Below are positions 22,656-34,600 of a stretch of 64,000 bases of DNA, piece by piece (the stretch's first letter is position 1; the number at the start of each line of letters is the position of its first letter). Source of the stretch: Antedon mediterranea (lineage: Eukaryota > Animalia > Echinodermata). A program made the translations under genes and the position numbers. Where the stretch lies: NCBI RefSeq assembly GCF_964355755.1, contig NC_092675.1, positions 21,982,912-22,046,911 of the forward strand, in the 5' to 3' direction. The notes beneath the pieces were generated by a model. That model had not been told where the DNA came from, did not search any database, and saw only the letters and a program-made list of their open reading frames with translations.

Positions 22656-25600
22656 ATGGCGGGGATCGAGTTGACAGAAGAAATGGATATTGATGTTGAG
22701 TGTGTTGAAGATAGAGACAGGTTTTACAATAATTATTTCCCTAATATATTGTAGTATAATATTATCTGGCGTAAAAATTGTTTTCAAGCAAGCAAACTAG
22801 GCTAAGCTTAGGCTTAATTAAGCTAGCTAAAAGGGAAGGCAGGGTGCCTATATTATATATAGGCCTAGGCCTAGGCCTATCACCTACCGGATTCTCCCAC
22901 TCTGCCAGAGCAGTACCACCGCCACCACTCCACGTGACTTTTATGTAGAGGAATATATAGTAGGCCTAGCTTACCTACCTACTAGCCTATATCCTAAGCC
23001 TAACTAACTAGTCACCAGGTGGAACATTTTGATTTAATTAAAATGCAGAATTAATCAAATTCTACTTTCTCTATATACTTCTTACTTAGTGATGAATCTT
23101 TGATGATTCCGGAAGAAGACGTTTCTGCAGATTTTCCAGAATATCCATGGTTCTTCAATGTAGAAAAGGTGAGCATGATTTTGGTAAATTTCTTGTTCAC
23201 TTATCTGACAGAATATCTTCTTTTCTTACACAATAATTTTACAACAATAAATGATTTGACAGTATTTTTTACAAAATTTTCAAAGCAGGCAATATTAATA
23301 AAAAATAAAGGTAATTGTATTTGTTATCATCTTCAAGCCTCAACTGGCAACTGAGGAAATACTCTACTCTTTTTGAAAAGTGTACCAAGTTCTTTAACAT
23401 TGTATGTACACAAGAACAACAGCAAACGTCCCGTCCTAATATTAATAAGGACAAGATAATAAGAGTAAAGTACTCTGTTGAATGAATTGTTGATACATTT
23501 ACTTTTTTTGTCCTATGCAGATGAACTCTAAAATGCCACAATGGGTGCTACATGAAGATATTGATCAGAAGAGTAGAACAGCTATAGAGAAGATGCTATT
23601 GGAAGAACAGTATCCTTTCAGATATTTTATTGCCATGAAAGTTAATAAATACATTTACATTAAAAATCTTATAAAAGTTATTCTACGACAAATTACATCC
23701 ATGTGTCTTTCCTTAAGTTACACTGATGTATTTTGACATGTTTTTTTGCAGACCAAAACCAAACAAAATTGCTGAAATAATTTGTTAATTCTTCAAAATC
23801 CAAATATTTGAGGATTAGATAATGTGACATTTTGATAGTTACTTATGTTAAATAAATTTAATATTAATTTCAAGATAAGTTACTTTATTTTAATGCCGAT
23901 AGTGAGTTTAAATACAGAAAGCTATCATTTTATCTTTATTTAGTATTCACTGCCTCTTAAATTTGTTTGTTTTCTTATTGGTAGGAATTAGCAGGAATAA
24001 ATAAATAAGATTTTGTTCCTTAAGCATTCGTCAGCCTATATTCAGGGAAGTGTGTGCATACCAGATCAGGGAGTTCTAAACATGGTAAAAAGAAGCAACT
24101 CTTCTATAAATCTAAACGCAAGTAAGTTATGTTTTAAGTAATACATTTGTTAAGTGTGAGATATGAATATTTGAAATAGTCAAATTTGACTCTGCTCTTG
24201 AAATGCATTTAAACATGTTTTAGTCTTATTGTATAGTCAGCTCTTTTTATTCTTAAATGTATAGTAGAACATTTAATTAGATAGATGTTTCATATAAATG
24301 GTAATTCCACCTCGATTCAACCAATGAATTATTATCGTGCCATTAATATGGGTAAATTTGGTACAAAAAGAGTTCCTAAGCTAAAACGTCAGAATCCAAA
24401 TTTTAGTTCAGTTCACGAGATATAGACTACAAAATGTTTGCTTAAAAAGGTCATGACCTCAGATTTTTCAAACTTTTATATTTTCATTATAAATGCTGTG
24501 CTAGCAGCGCATTTCTGACGATGTTTTTTTTGGTTGAATTGAGATGGAATGACCCAAATACCCAAGACGGTTTTAATGGAATTGTGTTGACTTTGCTATC
24601 TTATCGATAATTTGTCGTAATTTGTTTGAAATTAACAATTTTTTATTTAAGTGTTGAACGTTCAGACACCCATCGAATGCCTTGGTCAGACGAGGAACAG
24701 CAAGTGTTTAATCAAGCCAGGGTAATGTAGTCATAATTTAGATTTATGTACAGTATGACGCTATAAGGTCACTCTGACATTTTGTAACATATTTTGTCAT
24801 GGTTGTCATGGTTGTCATGGTTGTCATGGTTGTCATGGTTGTCATGGTTGTCATGGTTGTCATGGTTGTCATGGTTGTCATGGTTGTCATGGTTGTCATG
24901 GTTGTCATGGTTGTCATGGTTGTCATGGTTGTCATGGTTGGCCCAATTTTGTGTTTCAGAAAATGTAATACTAAGGTGAGTATTATTTAGATTTCAAGTT
25001 GATTGTTTAACCATTTTTTTTCTAAAGGAAATTCATGGTAACCAGTGGAGCAAGATAGCTGATATGATACCAACAAGAACACCATCACAAGTTAAGAATC
25101 ATGCTGCCGTGATGCAAAAGGTAAATATACACTGATACTTCTACAGTTATATTCCATTTCATTTCATTTTTCATTATTAAATCGACATCATGTCCCGGGA
25201 CCCCAAAAGCAACAGAGTCACCATAACATGAAATGTCTGGGGGCCCAGATGAACTTAACTACATAAAATTAAAAATCAATATACAGTTTAAAACATAAAA
25301 GCATTTACCGTTTTATAAAAAAATGTCCTACACATAACATTTTCTACCAAAGCTAAAACGAGATTTAACATTCAGTTACCTCATGGCTTGTAATAATGTA
25401 ATAATAAATAAATTATTTCAATGTACTATATTGCTGCAGTTAGGCTATTGGATTACTATTCTAAAACACTTTTTTATCCCGAAGGTTTCCATGCTCTTAG
25501 GCTTGCTTGAGTTAAGAATATTGCACTGCTGCAGTGAGCTTATTGTTTAAGTGGTAATCTAATAATGCTAACCAATATATAATTAAATTCTTGTGAAATC

Positions 25601-28600
25601 GTTTCGGTTTTTTTTAGAAATCAGAAATGTCTGATACAGCAACTAATATCAGAAAGCAGCTAAAGATGCTTACACCTAAAGAACTAAAGAAAACCCAGTC
25701 ACATGGCAATTTGTCACCAAAAGAAAATGATGGTAGCAGCAAGAAGGAATCGCTAAAAAAGCAAAGACCAAGTCGATCACCTAAAAAATCTGGGAAAAAC
25801 CCCCAAGAAGAAATAACTTCCAAACTGTTAAATAAATCACCTGTTATTATTCAAGGAGAAGCAGTTAAAATACAGAAGTTAGATTCAGATGAAGATGTAG
25901 ATATTGACGTTGAAATGGATTCTGATGACTCATCTCTTGGTAGTCCTGCTTTCTATAAACAAACAATATCCAGCCTATCAGAGAACAGTACTACAGATTG
26001 CTGTTCCTCGGATTGCACTAATAAATCCGATACACAGCTCACTGATAGGTTAGAAGATTCAGACATAAGTGAAAAGTATTCTAGTCAAAATTCTATATCA
26101 AATATTGATAAAGGTGACGGTATATCAAGTAATGTTGCTAATTCAGGTGTTACCATTGAACGTTATTCACCAGCAAAAGATTCTGGAATCGAAGTTGATC
26201 AAAGCCAATGTAAAGAATTACGAGTATGCTTGGAGAAATTGTCTCCACTTTGTACAAAAAGTGAAGGCACTGTTAAATCTGATTTGAAGAAAGTACAAGA
26301 ATCTGATCAAACTTGTGCAAGAAGAATGCCTGTGACAGACAGATTAGTGCCTGTTACAGATGAAATATTACCTATCAAAGAGAAAATAATACCACTCTAC
26401 AAAACATCTGTCACAGCCAAAGTACTTTTTGCAAAGGAGAGTGTATCTCTGGCAAATGAAATAGTACCGGTCACCACAGATGAAATAGTACCGGTCACCA
26501 CAGATGAAATAAAAAGTTTGAATCTCGCAGACAAAAGTCTACATGTCGCAGACAAAATAGTACATGTCGCAGACAAAATAGTACCTGTTGTTGTAGACAA
26601 AATAGTACATGTCGCAGACAAAATAGTACCTGTTGTTGTAGACAACACACCTGTTCTAGACAAAAAACCTATTGCAAACAATAAACTAAACAATTTTATT
26701 TCAGAAGATATTACAAAACCTTGTACTGTTAAGCTGACTGACTCTAAAGATTTGACCAAAGACAAAACAAATAATATAAATGATGATAATTTAAATGGTC
26801 AAATGTCCATCACAGTGAACTCGGAGAATGTCGGACAAGACTCAGTGGAAGAAACTAATGACTTAGAAGAACCAAAAGTTGGTTTCCAATCTGATATTGC
26901 AGTTGAACCGTCAAATTCATTTATTGACACTGCAGATATAATGTCTTTCAAAAAACAATTAAATGAAAACAGTCAACAGGAAACAAGGAATTTATCCGAT
27001 GATTATGACATTCAGAAGATACCTCAAGAGAATGTTAAATTAGACAGTGCTTCTAATATAGAACAATTGACATCTGGTGAAATAAGTGATAACAGTGAAA
27101 ACGAGGATGAAACAAGCAAAAGCATAGACCATGGTAGGTTACTTGTTTTGTAGGTAGATTGTTATTCTTGGCACTAATACTAATATTGAGGTCTGTCTAA
27201 CCAACTACGTAAATCAGCAATGTCAAACTAGTTTGACAACAAAAGTGTGACGTGCCCAAATATGGTAGTGATGTTACCAAATATGGTAGTAACACAACAT
27301 CATATGCTCACATCAAACTTTTTTGTCACATAAAGTTTGATAGTGTAGACAGATCTTTAAGATGGCAGCAAATACATTCCAAGAAGTTTTGTGTATGAGT
27401 TATTTTATGTTTTGTTTTATAAAGTTGCAATTGTCAATATCTACAAACCAATCAGCAGTTTGAAGGTTACCATCACTTCCATAATGATTTTGATAGTTTC
27501 AACAATAATAAAAATAAATATTTAAGCAAATAAAGGTTTGGTTTGCAGACATGCCCTTGTAAATGCCCAGTAAATTCATGAGATTATGTTTTCAAAGTAT
27601 AGTAGATGGTTCTTAATGTGATAGTAATTTTATTTATTTCAGACCCAACATTTAACATGTCTACATCACATGAGGTTGTACCCATCTCACCAACCGTATT
27701 TAAAAAACCGGGAGTCAATGATGACCCATTTAGTTTTAAATGCTATTCCTCTCAATCAGGTGTTTGCAAGTCTAAAAAACGTTATTTATTTATACGCAAC
27801 TTGATCTTGAGAACCTGGTAAGTATATTTTTTCATTCTCACTCTTGAGGAAGATCAGAGCGTATTGATCGAAACGTAGAGAAACTCTTTTCAGAACTAAT
27901 ACACATGGTTTACCGCAAACAATTCAATGTATATTAGTGCACTGTACATTAGAACCCCTATTAGAGGGACACCTTTGAGACCCAACAAATCTGCCACTTG
28001 ATAGTTCGTTTGCCTTGTGACTGACATTGTTTTGTTACATTCTATAAATATATTTGAGATAATATAAATTTAAAAGATATCTTGCCATTCATTTTTTTCA
28101 CGTGGTAGTGTTTCTTTAAAAGTTTGAGTGTCCCTTAGTAGAGGTGTCCCAAATGAGGAGTGTCTCTACTGTATAGTATTAAAGTTGTTGACGTTATTAC
28201 AACACTACATTCTTTCTAATGCATGTGTATATTCTTGTTGCACTCTGATAATAAAATATTATACAACTAATGAATCTGTATGCATATTTCATGATTCAAA
28301 TGTAGCTGAAATATAGCTGATGGCTTTGATTTGTACCACACGTTTGAATGCAGAACAACTTACACCGAAGAAAAGAGTGCGTAAACAGTTATAGTTTATA
28401 GTATAGCTATAGTTTTACTTTATGATCCTATTATTTTACAGGGAATCTCATAAACAGAATTACATGAACTGTGGTGTTATACGGAATATACTTAAGAAAA
28501 GGCACAAAGCTGGTAATGTCAATGATATTGGATGTATACACAAATACCTTGAGAAAGCTGGTGCTATCAATGTTGGACTAGGTTAGTGATTGGGGAGGGG

Positions 28601-31600
28601 GAGGGAAAGGGATATTTTTATAAGTACAGTACTTCAATTAAATTTTTTTACCTAGTGTTTGTCGTATTAAATGTGACATGTTTATATTGTTTTTCTTGCA
28701 GAAAATCCTAATGCTAAATGGAAACCAAAGATGTGCTCTGTAAAATTGACAAAAGAAGATAAGATCAATTTAATTGAAAACAGAAGAATGTCAATGGTAA
28801 AAACAAACATATTTTTAAAAATTCTCTCCAAAAAAATGTGTTAATTATTTAATTAACTTATAAAAGAAAACCAGAATTGAACTTTTTAGTTGGTTTGATA
28901 TTTATCCAAATTATTTACTTGGCTGCTATTCATTGTGCTAATATTGTGGTCTTTTTTTTATCAAATAGGATTTTTTTATAAGTTATATTTATAACTTAAT
29001 TCTATAACTGTTAAAATCTTTATTTTTGAATTTGGTAGTGAAAAGGATTTAATTTTTTTTTAAATATCTTATTTGGCATAATTTAGAAATTAGATTTGTA
29101 TTGTTTTTTTCTATAGCGACCAAAACGAAAAAAGGATGCAATTATTATGGAAGAGAACGACAAGTCGCCTACTGTCAGGTGAATTTTAAATTTAATTTAC
29201 AAAGTACAGACCGTAAATCTTCTAATAGTAACTCACACTCTAATAGTAACCCCCTTCTAATAGTAACCCACCTTATAAGTCAATCTAATAATAACCCACT
29301 ACTCTAATAGTAACCCACACTCTAATAGTAACCCACACTCTAATAGTAACCCACTACTCTAATAGTAACCCGTACTCTAATAGTAACCCACCTTATAAGT
29401 CAATCTAATAATAACCCACTACTCTAATAAATAGTAACCCATGGAGGTTACTATTAGAGTCACACAAACTATGACACTAAAATCAACATTTTTGATAAGG
29501 AGATATAAATGCATGTTGATTTTGGGAGTGGGGGTGGATTGAGTGTTTTTGAGTTTATAAAATAAAGTTAGAGTTCAACCAAATTTGTTTATTTGTACTG
29601 TTTTATTATTTTGCTACGAGTTGCTGACCGGAAATGTTGGGGTGGGTTACTATTTTCAGGTGCCTAATTTAAGATTAGTAATAGTAACCCACTACTCTAA
29701 TAGTAATCCCCCTTCTAATTAGTAACCCCCCTTCTAATAGTAACCCACCCTAAAAAACAATCAAAGAATAAGAACCAAGGGTTACAATTAGAAGATTTAC
29801 GGTACTTCTTTGTTACATCCTACTATGGAAATTTATTATTTAATTGTGTGAACATCGATCCAACAGTAGCTACCCTACGATAGTTATTCTTTATTTATCT
29901 ATCATCTTTACAGAGGATAACTCATGCAGGTATTCATTAAAAAAGAACTGATATTAAGGGGTCCTCTGTCTGAATAGAATACATAAATACAACAGTATAA
30001 CAATAATAATAATAAAACTTTATTTCATCATTCACTGTTTTTTTTATTGCAGAGTTAGCCGTACGCAACCAAAACAGAAAGCCAAGTCATATGATCCGTT
30101 TAAATTAATTGCTTGCTCAAAATTTTCAAATTTAACACCAGTAAGTAGTAGAACTTTGTCTTTCTTGGTCAATTCCATCAGCAGAGTCTCTCTTTTACCA
30201 CTGCCATCGTTCCAATCAAAAGGAAAGATGCACGTGAAAGAGATTCAGTAGTACTCTACTGGTTTCCATTGATTTCTTGTACCTTAGGCCAGAAGTATAT
30301 AGGTTGACAGGTGTTATAGCAAGTGCCATCAACATTGTCACACCACCGTTATTGTTACCAAAAGACTTATATAATTTCTTTGTTATTCTGTCATAATACT
30401 TTTTGACATATCTAGCATATGTTTTATTATGGGATAAAAACAGGGTGATAACTGAACCCATGCTTTAAGTCTTGTTGTCATTTTTGGTGTTACACACCAA
30501 GGTTAGCCCACTAAGTCCATAGACTTGTTTCCGCTGGGTCCTTCTGTTGGTGAATTGGGCAATACACCACGTTCTTTAACATGCACATGAGCCATATTGC
30601 ACACAGAACAAATGGCATAATGTCTCGTCTAAAAGACGGCATGCACTTTAATGCACTGTTTAACCATATCAAAACCAGAACTGTGGCAATGCCAGTATTT
30701 GAATCCACAGCCCTGTAATTATGATAACGTAACTTAACCATGAACTTCCACTGTATTATTTCTAGGCCCCATTGACGTTGAAGGTGACTTCTAAATCTCT
30801 TGTCGTTATGGACATTCATGCACATCTGTCAGGCACAGAGGTGATTGGTCTGTTAGGTGGATGCTTTAATCAAAGTCAGCTTACAATTCAAACCGCAGTG
30901 CCTTGTAACAGTCTTAGTACTGGCATGCAATGTGAGATGGACCCAGGTATGCTATCATTTCACTCTATATGTCTTTATCATCATCTTGTCTTGAGACATG
31001 ATGCTTTCCACCATTTTCTCCCGAATGGTTATGTGTTTTGGCTATTCAAATATTTAATAATAATGATAATTATAATTGCTGTTGGCCAGTGCAGTAAGTG
31101 TAGATTTTGTATTTTAACCTCACCCTTCGGAAGGGATGTTATGCTATTGCACATATTTAATACATACACTATTCAAAAATATTAGGTCGTTACCTAGTAA
31201 ACATTGCCATGGCACATAGAGATTGAAACTAAATTTATTTAAAACGTGTTGGTGTCTGCTGCAATGTAACTTAATCGTATAGAGAAAATTTTCTAAATTT
31301 CTACTGATATGAACTGAGCACCAATAACTAAATAAATAAACATACTGTTAACGATAGTAGAATTCTGAATTATATATTATTTATTTTTAGTTTCACAGAC
31401 AGAAGCTTGTGAAGCAATTATAGATAGTGGATTACAGGTTGTTGGATGGTACCACAGTCATCCTACCTTTCCACCAAATCCATCAGTTAGAGATATCGAG
31501 ACGCAATCACAATTTCAGGTATGATTACAATGGAGATCATCCTTGCCATAAATTGCTATCACATTTCTACCACAGCAAAAACCCAATGATGATGTACGAA

Positions 31601-34600
31601 TTATTCATTCATACAATATTAAACATGTATATGTTTCAGTTCAGTGGTAGCCTAACCTAGGCCCATTCTGACTTTCAGTTTTGTTAACATTGAATTGTAT
31701 TGAGTTGTATTCAATCCGCATATTTTTCATAAGGCTATTTGTTATTTGTAGCCTACAACTACAATAAAAAAAGATAGAATTAGTCAATATATGATTTCCA
31801 ATTTGCAGAGCTGGTTCGTGCAGGGTGGAGCTCCGTTTGTTGGGGTTATTGTCAATCCTTATAGTAGAAACTTCCAGAATGAATCAGAATTCCGTTTCAT
31901 GATCATTTGTGACCAGTGGTTAGATGGAGAGATGACAAGTGAGTATTCCATCAAAGTTAATTAATTCGTTTAGTAGTAATTTTAATAGTATATTTATTGT
32001 AATGGCGAATTTACACAGACGAGCGGTAACGGTAATACAAATATAGAATCTGTGGGATTCCTTATGACCATTTACACAAAGCACCGAGCGGACGGGCAGT
32101 TCAGCTGAGGATAGATAAAGATTCTACATGGGACACTAAGCTACACGTTTTTCCGCTTACCTTTACCGCTAGTCTGTGTAAATTTCCCTTTAGGCTTGGT
32201 TTTCTTCTTAAGGGAAGTTTATAATTAGGAAGTAAGATAATAATAATATTAAAACTGTTAAAGTTGATTAATTTTATCTACGCTGCATAGTGGTACTTGT
32301 TGGCCATTGTTTATTTTGTTTTTAAATGAATTTATATGATGAATGAGTGTTTATTTATTTCATATTTTATTCATGCTCCCTTCTTCTGTGTGGATGATGT
32401 GTATTCTTCAAAAAATATTATCAACAACCAATAGATGCAGACAAAATAGCCAGTATATATGTCATTATGTTCTGCTCTTGGCCTGTATGTCTGTCTTTGG
32501 GCTGGAATACCAGGTTAGGCAATCTGGCTGAAAACATTTATAAATGCAGTATTTATTTAAAGCAATACTGTACTTTGAATTTAGAGGATTCAAATTTTTT
32601 AAAAGCTTGGCAATTGTTAGACTGTAAAACCATTAAAATAATCTACAATTTGTGGAACACCGGAAATTCTTTGTGCTTTTAGGTCAAAGTTTGATGACAA
32701 AGCTTTGAACTTCAGTTCATCATCAAATAATTCCTTCATTTACTTCAATAGAAGCTAATTAATTAGTATAGTACTTCACTGCCATTACTGTAATAAAATT
32801 AGTAATGGTAAAAACTCCAGCATTGCTTCTTATCTTGCCACAACATTATGATAATCAAGTCAGGAAGTAAATTATATGTATTTTGTATTATGTTTCATAT
32901 TAATGTTCAATAATATTCATTCATTTATTTAATCACCTCAAAAACATCAATGGTAAAATAAGTAAGACAAATAGTTTGTGCCAGTAATGCTCTACTTTCT
33001 AGTTTCATACAATACAATTAGTCATTTCCATATAATACAATCAATAAGATAATACTGCATATACTGTACATAAAAAATGAATTATTGTTTTGATTTAGCT
33101 TTTCGCTTTTTTTTTGTATCTCCATTGAGATCCAGCCACTGATACCCACAGCATTGTCATTTTTTCAGTATTTTGCCTTTGGATTTATATAATGATAATG
33201 ATGTATATATAATGATATATAACATTTCCATCTAGTTGTTAGGTTCACATTCACCATTGATCATGCTTCCACAGAGTGAAATAGATCTGCTCTCAGTTTG
33301 GCTTAAATCATGATAATGTATTGAATTGATATACTGTATTAAACAATATTTCATCCACTAGTTGCATTCCTATTCACTGTTGATCATGCTTCCACTGAGT
33401 GAAATACCTCTGCTCTCTGTTTGGCTTAAATCATGATAATGCATTTAACTGATATATTTAACAATATTTCATCCACTAGTTGCGTTCATAGTCACTTTTG
33501 ATCATGCTTCCACCGAGTGAAATACCTCTCCTCATTTATTCTTATCAGGCAGTACAAGCTGACACAGCACATATGTAATGATTTATTTATTGATTTATTC
33601 AGGTTCGATTGGAACTGTAGCTTGGTGGTCAACAGGCTTACTTTCCAATCCCAACGTCCAGGGATCAATCCTGACCTAATTCCAGTGCTTTAATTTACTA
33701 CTCTTTTAACTCCACTCCCTAAGCCTCAAATGAGACTTTATAAGCATGATAAATTATAACATAGTTTATCCATCCTGTAATTTGCGAGTTTGTGCTTGCT
33801 GTTGGATGCCTATAAAATAAAAATGAAATAAAAAAAATAATGTATTGATTTAATTTCAGAGCAACCATTTCAATTTGATTTTGATGTTGTTCACCCGGTG
33901 ATTGACGTCAATGAATTAATAACTGTCACAATGAACCTTCTTCACAAATTCAAAACATACAGCTAGTAAGTTTAATAATACAAATCTTTTTTCTTTTATT
34001 GTTAGAAATATAGTTGGCTTCTTGAATAATAATAACAATATTAATTACAGTAGAACCTCTCTTTTCGGACACCCCTATTCAGGAGACACCTGAAAGGGTC
34101 ACTTTCCAATGAAACAAAGAGCCAATATATTGTTCAACCTCTATGTAGGGATACCCCTATTCAGGAGACACCTGAAAGGGTCACTTTCCAATGAAACAAA
34201 GAGCCAATATATTGTTCAACCTCTATGTAGGGATACCCCTATTCAGGAGACACCTGAAAGGGTCACTTTCCAATGAAACAAAGAGCCAATATATTGTTCA
34301 ACCTCTATGTAGGGATACCCCTATTCAGGAGACACCTGAAAGGGTCACTTTCCAATGAAACAAAGAGCCAATATATTGTTCAACCTCTATGTAGGGATAC
34401 CCCTATTCAGGAGACACCTGAAAGGGTCACTTTCCAATGAAACAAAGAGCCAATATATTGTTCAACCTCTATGTAGGGATACCCCTATTCAGGAGACACC
34501 TGAAAGGGTCACTTTCCAATGAAACAAAGAGCCAATATATTGTTCAACCTCTATGTAGGGATACCCCTATTCAGGAGACACCTGAAAGGGTCACTTTCCA

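Noticed and set aside
24744-24990. MTT/SWL/MVV repeat ORFs
   Set aside because: They are translations of a 9-bp intronic minisatellite.
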